Shown here: in pieces, positions 39,038 through 50,560 of the stretch
Layout of the letters: every line of letters begins with the position of its first letter
How positions within the stretch are numbered: position 1 is the stretch's first letter
Assembly (NCBI GenBank): GCA_030390025.1
Contig: CM059438.1
Coordinates: forward strand, 69,814,001-69,878,000
Direction: 5' to 3'
DNA: 64,000 bases
Source of the DNA: Squalus acanthias
Taxonomy: Eukaryota
The notes under the pieces: generated by a model
What the model was told of the DNA's origin: nothing
What the model saw: only the letters and a program-made list of their open reading frames with translations
The model's database searches: none
Program-made: the position numbers and the translations under genes

Positions 39038-40262
39038 AAAAACAGAAAATGCTGGAAATACTCAGCAGGTCAGGCAGCATCTGTGGAGAGAGAAACAGTT
39101 GACATTTCAGCTTGATGACCCAGGTTTATCATTAAACTGCTTGAGATTGGCGTGCACCTCTGATGTGAAACATGGCCATTTGATAGTTGTGTACACCATC
39201 CTCCAACAGTGCAACATGGTCCAACAAGCTTTTGTGCTGCATAAGATCAGAATTGGGTTAAGGAGCTTTTACGAAAAAAAAGCAGAAAATGCTGGAAACA
39301 CTCACCATCTGTGGAGAGAGCAGACAATTTGAACTTCAGGAGTGGACCTTTCATCAGAGCTGTAAGATATTACTGGTGAGAGGCAATTAAAAGGAACAGA
39401 ACAAGAGGAAGGGAGAGGGGAAAACACACGCACGGATGTGGAGAAATACAGTGACCAGTAAAAGTATTTTAGTGGAAAATGGGTGATGGTTAAGTGGCAG
39501 TATTAGCATGAGACAGTAGAAGCCACAATGAGAAATTTGTGGGAAACAAAGAACATGTAAATAGCTCAGGACCTGGTGGGTGGGGGAGGGGGTTTAAGGC
39601 AGGTAGCAATGGAAGCTCAAAAATGGCAAAAAGTAGACCAAGCTCGAGCAGCCAAGGAGCTTGCAAAGGAGAAATGTTGGTTGACACCAAAGGTGCCGAC
39701 TGCCTCACCAGCACGGTGTTCTGTAAAAGGGTCCCCATCCTAAGCACCACCTCTATTTGCCTTCTACCCCCCCCACCCCCCCCCCGCCAAAACCACTGGC
39801 ACACCCATCCCATATCACCAGTGCTTTTTCCCCAAAGAGATAGTGGAAGCTGTTAAGGTCTGAAGTTATTCAAATCAATATTAAGGCCAGAGGGCTGCAA
39901 AGTGCCTCATGGAAAGATGAATTGCTGTTCCTCACGCCTATGTTGAGTTTCTTTCGAACAGTGTAGAAGGCCAAAGACAGAGAGTGAGTAGGATGGGGAA
40001 TCGACGTGGAATGTTTTTAAGACTATTTTAAGGAATGTGGAAAAGTTTGTTTGAATAGAAGGACAAACATAGTTAAAATAACAACAGAAAACGCTGGAAA
40101 AACTCAGCAGACCAGGCAACATCCGTGGAAAGAGAAACAGAGTTAACGTTTCAGGTCGAAACCCTTTGTCAGAACTGAGAAAAAAGCAGGAAATGAAACA
40201 GATAAAAAAGCAAGTGGGAGGCTGGGGGGAGGAATAAAAGAACAAAAGGGGAGGTCTGTGAT
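39038..40262 (-). mobile_element. Cluster of Penelope-like fragments (three pLTR pieces and a GIY-YIG C-terminus)
   Basis: CAGAAAA(T/C)GCTGGAAA starts near 39042, 39282 and 40085; the minus-strand ORF contains YSLSVFGLLHCSKETQHRREEQQFIF (~39850-39995). Confidence 0.8.
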
Positions 40263-40793
40263 AAGTAGAGACATAGTTACAAACATAGTTAGACTGACAC
40301 CCTAGTCGGTTAATAAATGGGTCAAAAAGAGCCCAACAGAAATATTTTTTTAAATTTGAGGAAACAAAGAGTCATAACGATTGGTTCCTAAGCTGAAATT
40401 TCCAGGCCAAGAAAGGCATCAGGCCCTGGATGTACGGTGCAGGATATTAGGTTGGTCAAGTAACCTGGAATTCTGCTTGGTTTCCCTTTGGGAATCGGGG
40501 AGGACCTTGGCAGAACCTTTCCTCTGGAGGTGAAACAGGGGCAGCGGTTGAGCTTGGTCTGTTGATGAAACTGGGCTTGATTGGCCTAATGCCTTTTCCT
40601 CATGTTCTTATTCCTCAGCGCTGATGACCTTCACCTTGATGAGCTCAAAATAATTTCCTCGCTGCCTCTTAATGTTTCAATGTGATTTCATATCTGGCTA
40701 TCTTTGGACAGAAGATGTCAAATGATGCAGGTTGGAGTGAGACAGGCTGAGAATCGTGAGCCCATTCTCTCCAGTGGCCAGATGGGCCATAAC

Positions 40794-40931
40794 CAATGTT
40801 CCCTCTTTTTTTTGGTGTGCGGTTCCTTTACATTTGCTACATGGCCTTTTTTTCAGCGGCAGCAGCTGGCGAGCGGCCTGCGTGGGACCTCCCGATTTGG
40901 TGCGCAGCCGCACACCTTAGAGGGAACATTA
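40794..40931. mobile_element. hAT-like MITE, 138 bp
   Basis: TIR CAATGTTCCCTCT/AGAGGGAACATTA with a perfect 8 bp TSD GCCATAAC (40786-40793, 40932-40939). Confidence 0.88.
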
Positions 40932-41249
40932 GCCATAACCCTCATAAGTTAATTTGTTCTGAGACTGAACCATACTGTAGCTGAAATCAGAATACAGTGA
41001 AATCTTAATGCATTGTGTTCAATAAGCTATGACAGACACAACAGTTTGTGTGTTGTAGGGCAGCTACAGCCATTAATAAACCTGAATTATATTTTGAACA
41101 ACAGTTTCAGATTTGAATATAGCCATGAATTTGCTTATTTCAGGACACATTCCTGCATTGTTATCTAATTCTGAGCACTATAGCCACATTCATTTTCTAA
41201 GCAATTTTACCATGAAAAAGCTATTGCTTTCGTGGCTTTTGGTTCAGTG

Positions 41250-41680
41250 GCAGAATTCTTCCCTCTGAGTCAGAAGGTTATGAGTTCAAGCTCCAAAGAC
41301 ATGAGCATATAATCTAGACTGAAACTTCAGTGCAGTACTGAGGGAGCGCTGTTTTATCGGAGGTGCCATCTTTTGCATGAGATGCTAAATTTAGGCCCTC
41401 AGGTAGACGTAAAAGATCCCATGGCACTTTTGAACAAGAGCAGGTAGTTTCTCCAGGTGTTCTACCCAACATTTATCCCTCAACCAACACCAGCAAAAAC
41501 ATTATCTGGTCACTTCCCTGATTGCTGTTTGTGGGACCTTGCTGTGCGCAAATTGGCTGCCGCGTTTCCCTACATTACAACAGTGACTACACTTCAAGGG
41601 TATTTCATTGGTTGTGAAGTGCTTTGGGAATTCCTGAGGTTGTGAAAGGCGCTGTATAAATGCAAGTTTGCTCTTTCTTT
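41250..41680 (+). mobile_element. Near full-length DeuSINE (SacSINE1/AmnSINE1-like)
   Basis: tRNA-like head (GGTTCAGTGG..GAGTTCAAG), Deu domain GACGTAAAAGATCCCATGGCAC, and L2-like tail GAAAGGCGCTGTATAAATGCAAG. Confidence 0.88.
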
Positions 41681-42087
41681 ATCAGGGCAGGATTACACCC
41701 AGTGTGTAAAGGGAAAGTGAATTTAAGTGAATTTTCATATGCTTAAATAAGATATATGTACACTTGATGCATATCTTGTCACCCCTTGTTACCCTGCTAT
41801 ACAAATGCTGGTTAGCGACAGCTGGGAACGGTGATTTTATTCAGAGTTTAAACCTCGCTTCCAGTAACATAATGACAGTTGACAGTTGGCAATGACTGGA
41901 GTGGAACTTCATAAACTGTCTGCTGCCAGATTGTTTCAAACTGCTGGATGAAAGACAAGCAGCTGAGAGACACTAGTAAGTACATAATCATTTTGCTTTA
42001 AAGCTTTGAACTTGTGGGACTTAGCAGCAGAATTCACTTCCCCTTTATGTAAGCTATCAGTAATTTTAAATAACATTAATGAAACAA

Positions 42088-42118
42088 ATATATACATACA
42101 TTTCTATCTATATATATT

Positions 42119-42151
<33 letters not shown>

Positions 42152-42172
42152 GAGAGATATAGATATGTGTGC
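42088..42172. repeat. Compound (TA)n/(TG)n microsatellite
   Basis: Directly visible. Confidence 0.9.
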
Positions 42173-42219
42173 ATAAAATATGAAATTAATTTACTGTGTG
42201 CTTGGTAATGGTGAACTAT

Positions 42220-42610
42220 GTCAGTGGGGCTGTGGATATTGGATCCCTCTTCTCTGAATTAGAAGGTTGCAAGTTCAAGTTTCAATCCAGGATTTAAGCC
42301 CATAATCTGGACTGATCCCAGTGCAGTATTACATTATCAGAGGTGCTGTCCTTGGGCTGAGATGTTTAACCAAGGCCCCATCTGCCTGTTCCAGAAGAGC
42401 AGCAAGTTCCACTTGTGTCCTATGCGACAGTCTTCACTCAAAGTAATACCACCAGAAATAGATGAACTAGTCATTTAGCCCTCCACTATTAATGGGCTCT
42501 GGTTGTGTACAAAATGGCTATTGTGTTTGAAAAGTTATTGCACTTCAAAAGCAACCCATTCTCAGTGAAGCACTCTCAACTGTTCCTGAAAGGTGTGACA
42601 TGGTGCTATT
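42220..42610 (+). mobile_element. Degenerate DeuSINE
   Basis: AGAAGGTTGCAAGTTCAAG, CATAATCTGGACTGA, CAGTGCAGTA and GAGATGTTTAACCAAGGCCCC are collinear with 41250-41680. Confidence 0.65.
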
Positions 42611-43624
42611 GGAGCAGACATTTTTCTCTTCTCAGACGCTGATGGTTCAAGGTTACATCATATTAATGAATATGCCTTCTGAGAAATCGATATGTCGTCA
42701 TGGCAAATGCAGTTTCTGTATTTTAATTAAAGCAGAGTTTGGTGACTAAAAGGAGTCTTTTGATATGCTAAATGTTTTAACTTGTACTGAATATCCCAAG
42801 AGAGTTGACTGAAAACATTTCTTCAAAGATATGCGACGTACATTTATGTTGCTGTCCAAGTCAAATTTGCTCATAGTTTCCCAAGTGAAGGATAAAAAAA
42901 TATGAATCTTTATCTCTGTAATTAAATAGCTATTTAAAATATTGTTTTGCATTTTGGAAAATTGCCAACAATTTCAAATATGTTCTTTATCTAGTTATAA
43001 GTGTAACAGACCAGCAAAATAACCTTATAATGTACGTTGCATCATTATTGCTATTATTAAATTAAAACTGCATGTTATATAGGTGTGAGGAAAGTGGCTA
43101 GTCAGCTTGTTTAATATCCAGACAGGAGTATGAAGTATTGTAATGCAGGTGTCTAAAGCTGCAGCTGCTAACTCTGCCCAGTGTGAGCTGAGAAAAACTG
43201 TCATCAAGTGCAAAAGTCAATGATTTGAAACACCTCTGTTACTGGCAGAGGGTGTTGCACGAGTTCTGCATTTCAAACCACAGCAGGCAACTTTGGGCCT
43301 GTGCTACACAGACCATTGGCTCTGCTGATGTGTTCAGATCTCTGTCCTCTGACTTTGACAAGTGGCAGGACGCAAGCACTTGCTTCTCAAAGAGGAAATA
43401 GTCCTGATCTGCCTGAACATTGAACTGTGCAGTTTTCTGCTTGGTCTGCTGTTCTGTGAAGGTGATGTAAATACCTGAGGTGTCGAATGGGTTTGAATAT
43501 TCTTACACCTGTCCCGTGCCCAGGAATGTCTTCATTATATTAGTGCCCACTTTAAATCATCAATATGATTTTTTTTTAGCTGAATTGAAAGTGGGCAAAT
43601 TGTTTAGAGCAGTGATTTTCAAAT

Positions 43625-43755
43625 GTATGGATGTGTGTAATATGGCGGGGGGGGGAGGGCTGTTATGTGGGGGGGTGTATATGTGTGGGGGTGTGTATGG
43701 ATATATAGGTTGGTGTGTGTGCATGTCTGTATGGGTGTGGGTGTGTGTGTGTGTA
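43625..43755. repeat. GT/G-rich low-complexity tract
   Basis: Directly visible (GTGT)n and G runs. Confidence 0.8.
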
Positions 43756-44591
43756 TTAGCAGCTCAAAGGAAAACAGTGTCTTCATGACCAGATGTGTAT
43801 AATAATAGGAAACACATGCTAGTCTGTCATTAAGAGCAGAATTCTCAAGGCACTCTGCTTACGGTGCATTGTATGTGTGGCTGCAGAGGGACAGGAATCT
43901 GATTACTTTGAAGACTCCCCTTCAGAAACCTGACAACCTCGACCGAAAACATAACGCATAGAGACCCAGACAACCTCCTCTGTAGGAGCACTGATGGAGA
44001 CTGAAACACAGTAGGCTTGAAAAGGAACTGTCTTGCATTGTTTGACAATATTAGCAGCAAAACTGATCGTTTGTTTTTCCCATCAACAACCTGAGATATT
44101 TAAAAATGCGAGTGAATGTAAACTTGCACAGGAAATGATTCAGTGAATTACATGCAGAGTTCTACTGCTCTTACCCAAAGAGCTGCGATTCTTAAGCGTG
44201 GGTGGGATGAATTGGCTGTTGGTTGGTCCCAGTCCGACTCACCTGTTGCGTGACCCAGTTTCCCATACAGTGGCTCGGCATAGAGATGATGACCAGTTAA
44301 ACTTGCTGAAGTGAGCCACTCTGCCTTATCGAGATACAAGGGATGAGCTAAATTAGGGGACTCATGCCTTGCATCCTTAAATATAAATTAAAATGCATTA
44401 ATTGAATCCATGACTTCAGGAGGAAGGAGGGTACAGGAAAATTACATTTTCATATAAATTACTATGATTAACATTTGTCCTTGTCTAATTGTGAAACTGA
44501 AGCAAATGCGTATTATTAGTTTATAATCTCCACTGAATCACATAATTTCTAATATTCTGAAACCTAATTTGAACCCACTGGCAAAATTATT

Positions 44592-45334
44592 GGGCCGAAA
44601 ATTGATCCCGGGACGCGAGAGTACGCACTGCGTACTCTCGCGTATTCCCACTCCAATTGCCGGTTTTCTGCATGCCCTGCGCATGCGCTGAAAACCGGCA
44701 ATTGCTCTTCTGAAAAGGGGGCGGGGCCTGAGTGCATCACGTGCGCGCTACAGGCTGCGCGCACGCTGTGCACTTCATGCTTTGGACGCGCAGGTAAGTA
44801 GGGAAGATTTTGGAAATGTAAAAAGGAGGAGTAAGACCCGCTTTTAAGAAGGTAAGTAGTGAATTAAGTATTTTTTTGAATTTTTTTTTACAGGTATATC
44901 TTTTTTATAGACTTTAAAGACAGGTAAGTTTATTTTTATAACTTTTTAAAAGATTTTAAATTTTTTCAAAAATTTAATTTTTTATTTAAAATGGTTAATT
45001 TAATTAACTATACTTATTTTATTAATGTGATGGTTTTTTTTTAAATTTAATTGAGGTTTAGCTGTTATTTTGGGGGGGTGTAAGATTCATAGATTTCACA
45101 GCCATGCTGTGAGACTTATGAATGGAAGATGGTCTGCTGCCATTGGCTCTAACTGAGTCACGTGATCCCACAGCTCGCACGAATTCACTACGCCGCTGGG
45201 ATACGCAAGCCCAGCACAGCTGATGTCTGGAACATCAAGTTCGTGCGAGCTGGATCTGAAAAAGCATAAGCGAGGTGAGACATCGCGGGGAAGGCTTACC
45301 CCCGCGGGAACAGAGCGAGATCAATTTCTGGGCC
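44592..45334. mobile_element. PIF/Harbinger-like MITE
   Basis: Termini GGGCCGAAAATTGATC / GATCAATTTCTGGGCC with ATT on both flanks. Confidence 0.85.
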
Positions 45335-45824
45335 ATTAAGACCTATATTATTTCTAAAGTAGCAAGGTGCATTTCCTACTACTTAACGATTCTACCTCAA
45401 TGTTACAATTTATTGTTTAAAATGCTTCGTCCTTTTTGTTTTGTTGCAAGTTATTTAATGCCGCTCTCAGTGCGGGGAACCTGGTCCACTGGCTGAGCAC
45501 ATTGGGAAGACACGGACATATAGCTGACAATATTCCGACCATTAAAATTAGCGGTGAGGTGTTCCACTGGAGGCTCACTTTCGGAAAGTCGGCCCTTATT
45601 TTATCATCTTTAAAAAACTACCTATGCGGGTGTTTCGTATTTAATTGGGACATCTAGATGAAGAGCCGAAGTCCATAGTGCAGGACACCACTAAGATTGA
45701 GAAGATCTAGGTGTGAAGATTAGGTAAATTGGGAACTAATGATTAAACAGCGACAACCTTAGAATTTAAAAGCCTTCAGATTGTAGAAGAAAGGTAGATC
45801 AAGAGTTGCACTTTTTTGAAAGAA

Positions 45825-46275
45825 GCAAGAAAGAAGGAAGACTTGCATTTAAATAGTGATTTTCAGGACATCCCAAAGTGCTTTACTGTCAATGAAGTGC
45901 TTTTGAAGTGCAATCCCTGTTGTAATATAGGAAACGTGGCATCCAATTTTCACACAGCAAGGTGCCACAAACAGCAATGAGACAAATGACCAGATAATCT
46001 GTCTTAATGGTGCTGGTTGAGGGATAAATATTGACCAGAACGCCCCTGCTCTTCTTCGAGTCGTGAGTCATGAGATCTTTTACATCTACCTGAATGGCTA
46101 GACGGGGCTTCGGTTTAACTTCTCATCCGAAAAACTGCACTTGTGACAGTGCAGCACTTCCTCAGTACTACACTAGAGTGTCAGCCTAGATTCTGTGCTC
46201 AAGTTTCTGGAGTGGGACTTGAACCCACAGCCTTCTAACTCAAAGGTAAGAGTGATACCAATGACACATGGCTGA
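45825..46275 (-). mobile_element. Near full-length DeuSINE
   Basis: Reverse complement is collinear with 41250-41680. Confidence 0.88.
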
Positions 46276-46359
46276 CCGCGTAAGGTTGAGGCCCTAAGAA
46301 TGAGTTAGACTGTGAAATTAATCTTGATTTCAACACCAGTGAGGATTTAGGGAGGGAAA

Positions 46360-47750
46360 CTGGGCTTCATAAATAGAGGCATAGGGCTGGATTTTGAATG
46401 ACCCATGGAGTCGGGTTTGGAGGCGTGTGGGGGGTTAAATTTGCGGGGTCGGAAACCCCGACCCCATCCCGACTCTATCCCGCCTCCACGCGATTTTGAC
46501 AAAATCAGTCGCGGGGTTCCCGACTCTCTCCCGCCTCTTGGAGGCGGGAGAAGCCATTAAAGCCCTTAACAAGCCCTAAATTGGGTCTGTAATGCTATTT
46601 TGAACCGCTGTAGCTAGTTTAACCCTTTTCTGACGTGAAGTACGCCTGGTGTGAAACACTCCAGTGAAGCCTGGCGGGAGCACAAATGGATAGCTGACTA
46701 TCGGCTGCAAGTCCACTATTACAACGGAGATGTGATAAAGATCAGGTGTGAAAGTCACCTCTGATACTGCTGCATTCAATGTCATGGCATTTGGTGTAAG
46801 AGGAATTGGATGCAAAAACTCTCTCTCTCTCTCTCTCTCTCACTCACTCACTCACTCACTCACTCACTCACTCATATCCAGGTGCACTCACATCAAAAGC
46901 AATGCAGACAGGTCCTCTCTAACCAGTAGCCAGACAATCTCTGAGAGCAGGCAGTCAGCAATGATGACATCATCAGAGGCGGGTTTCAGACTGAAACCAC
47001 TAATTAGTTCATGGGTTCCCACATGCTGCAACTCAATTGCCCAATTAAGTGAAAATTGCATCAGGCATCCACATTAATCTGGAGTCGGGGGGGAAATGCG
47101 GATTACACGACCCCAACCCGACCCCAAGACAAAATCCAGCCCATCGAGTACAAAAGCAAGGAAGTTATGATGAACCTTCATAAAACACTGGTTTGGCCTC
47201 AGCTGGAGTATTGTGTCCAATTCTGGGCACCGCACTTTAGGAAGGATGTGAAGGCCTTAGAGAGGGTGCAGAAAAGACTTACGAGAATGATTCCAGGGAT
47301 GAGGTACTTAAGTTACGTGGATAGACTAGAGAAGCTGGGGTCGTTCTCCTTGGAGCAGAGAAGGTTGAGAGGAGATTTGATAGAGGTATTCAAAATCATG
47401 AGGAATCTAGACAGAGTAGATAGAGCAAAACTGTTCCCATTGACAGAAGGGTCAAGAACCAGAGAACAAAGATTCAAGGTGATTAGCAAAAGAACCAAAG
47501 GCGACATGAGGAAAAACTTTTTTACGCAGCGAGTAGTTAGGATCTGGAATGCACTGCCTAAAAGGGTGGTGAAGGCAGACTCGATCGTGGCTTTCAAAAG
47601 GGAATTGGATAAGTATCTGAAAGAAAAAATTTGCAGGGCTACGGGGAGAGGGCGGGGGAGTGGGACTAGCTGAAGTGCTCTTGCAGAGAGCCGGGACGGG
47701 CCGAATGGCCGCCTTCTGTGCTGTAACCATTCTATGATTCTATTCTATGA
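46360..47750 (+). mobile_element. CR1 LINE 3' fragment interrupted by a MITE
   Basis: ATAAATAGAGGCATA|GAGTACAAAAGC is split by 46384-47142. ORF contains [36 protein letters not shown]; (ATTCT)n tail. Confidence 0.92.
46384..47142. mobile_element. PIF/Harbinger-like MITE, inverted relative of 34218-34946
   Basis: Same TIR GGGCTGGATTTTG/CAAAATCCAGCCC, with an internal (CT)n(CACT)n tract. Confidence 0.88.
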
Positions 47751-48749
47751 AAAAAATGTTCCGAGGGGCCATGACAGTAAAGCTGTCTTGACAAGATAAA
47801 CCAAGACAAGAAATATTGTGATGCAGAGAGAGGGGTGGAGACTGGACATGAGAGAAGGATGCAAGATTTTTTTTAGCATCCTGTCAATGAGTGCAAGAGA
47901 GTTGTTACAAGAGAGGTTGGAGCAGTGTTGAAGTCTTGGACAGACTTGGGTTTTTGGAGAGTTGAGGACAATTTTTTTGAATTGCTCTTTATAATGAGTT
48001 AATGAAATTTCAGCAAAGTTATTGCAGTCACTAATACTAACTTTTCTCTCAATTTACTTTGCTCTGGATTTAATTTGTCCTTGGGTCATAGCAACTTGCA
48101 TGTATTTACTTTGCCCTGACATATTTTCACCCAAAAATGTATAAAATATAAAATTGAGGATTTCATCAACTTGTGTAAATCATACCCCGTTATCAGTCTC
48201 ATTACTGAACTGGGAATCCATGGAAACTTAAACTTATTCATAATTCTTAACACGAACAGGGTACCATGGCAACTCAGGTAGTCAAAGTAAGTGAGGAAGC
48301 ACTTTGATCAGAAGAAATAAAATTGTTGTGAAATGCTCAGGGTAATGTAGCAGCAAAAAGAGTGAATGGAAAAAATGACTTCACTCCTGGAATTTAATTT
48401 ACTTGAAAGTAATGAAATCTTAGACACCATACTTTTAAGTGATGATTAATGAGCAAGTTAATTGTTTTTCAATTCGTAATAAAAAACTGACTCCTTGAAG
48501 GCAATATCAGTTCGTGCCCATTTCAACCAGTTTAATGGTTCTGTGACATCAACCCTGCAATCCTCTCTCCACAGATGCGGCCTGATACTGTTTCCAGCCT
48601 TTTCTGTTTTTATTTCATCTTTTCTGCGGCTGCAGTATTTTGCTTCTCGTTTTCAACCAGTTTATGTTTCAACTGGATTGAAAACAGAAAGTAGCGGAAA
48701 TAGGCAGCTGGTCTATCTCCACCTGAAAAGACAAAACATTTCCTGAAGA

Positions 48750-50560
48750 GAATAGAATCTTACAGAACAGAAGGAGGCCATTCCAACCATCGTGCCTCTT
48801 TGAAAGAGCTATTCAATTTAGTCCCACACCCCAACTTTTTCCCCATAACCCTGCAAATTAGTCCTTTTCAATGACATCGCCAATTGCCTTTTGAAAGTTC
48901 CAATGGAATCTGTTTCCACCACCCTTTCAGGTAGTGTGTTCCAGATCTTAACCCCTTTGTGTGAAGAAATGTCTCCTCATTTCCCCTCTAGTTCTTTTGC
49001 CAATCATTTTAAATCTATGACCTCTGTTTACTGACCCACTTGCCAGAGGAAACAGTTTCTCCCTACTTGCTCTGTCAAAACCGCTCAAAGTTTTGAATAC
49101 CTCTATTAGGTTTCCCTTTAACCTTCTCTGCTCCAAGGAGAGCAATCCCAGTTTCACCAATCTCTCCACATAACTGAACTCCCTCATCCCTGGTATCATC
49201 CTGGTAAACCTACTCTACGCTCTCCAAGGCCTGGCTATCCATCCTAAAGTGTTGTTCGCAGCATTGTACACAACTGCTCCATCTGGGGCTTAACCAGAGA
49301 TTTGTAACGGTTTAGCATGACTTCCTTGTTTTTGTATTCAATGCCCTTATTTACAAAGCCAAGTATCCCATACGCTTTCTTAACTGCCTTATCAACTTGC
49401 CCTGCCACTTTCAAAGATTTGTGAATATGCACCCCCAGGCCCCTCTGCTCTTGTATCCCCCTCAAAATAGAACCATTTAGATTATACTGCCTCTCCATGT
49501 TGTTTCACCAAAGTGCATCACTTCACACTTATCCGCATTAAATTGCACCTGGCATGTGTCTGCCCATTTCATAAGTCTGTCTATGTCTTCCTGATGTCTG
49601 CTGCTATCCTTGTCACTATTTACTATGTTGCTAAGTTTTGTGTATCATCCGCAAACTACGAAATTGTACTCCTTGTACCCAAGTCCAGACCATTTATATA
49701 TAACAAGAAAAGCAATGGTCCAAATACTGACCCCTGGGGGACCACATTACATACTTCTCTCCAGTCAGAAAAAGATCTGCCGTCTATCCCTTAACCAATT
49801 ACGTACCCAAGTTACCACTGTCCCTTTAAATCCCATGTGCTACTATTTTCCGAATAAGTATGTTATGTGGTACTTTATCAAATGCCTCTTGAAAGTCCAT
49901 ATATACAACATCTACTGCACTATCTTCATCAACCCTCTCTGTTACTTCATCAAATAACTCAATCAGGTCAGTCAGACGCGATTTTCCTTTAACAAATCCG
50001 TGCTGGCTGTCCTTTATTAACCTATTCTTCTCCAAATGAGAATTGCTGTTGCCCTTGACAATGGTCTCCAGTAGTTTCCCACCACCGATGTTAGACTGAT
50101 TGGACTGTCGTTACCAGATTTATCCCTCGCCCCTTTTTTGAACAGGAGTGTACCATTTGCAATCGTCCAGTCCTCTGGTACCACTCCCAGATCCAAGCAG
50201 GATCTCCATCCTAGCTTTCCTCAACTCTCTTGGATGCAACCCATCTGGATCAGGTGGCTTGTTAACTTTGAGTGATGCCAACCTATTTAGCACCTGCTTT
50301 CTACCTACTTCGACCTGTCCAATATCTCTACTTCCCCTGCCCCCCCCTTCCCTCTATTGCAACAGTAATTTCTTCATTATCTTCTGTGAAGACAGATACA
50401 AAGTTCTCATTCAGGACCTCAGTCATGCCCTCTGCCTCCACAAGAAGATTTCCTTTTATGTCCCTAATCGGCCCCACCCTTACTTTAACTATCCTTTTTT
50501 GGGTTCCCTTTTATGTTACCTGCTAATATTTTCTCATACTCTCTCTTTGCCCTTCTTGTA
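48750..50560 (-). mobile_element. CR1 LINE ~1.8 kb 3' portion, disrupted
   Basis: ORFs contain SQHGFVKGKSRLTDLIELFDEVT..VYMDFQEAFDKVPH, LGVHIHKSLKVAGQVDKAVKKAYGILG and RRHFFTQR. Confidence 0.92.

Noticed and set aside
40141..40176. Additional intact hammerhead
   Set aside because: The core is mutated (CUGACAA); the copies at ~54079-54150 are also mutated or interrupted.
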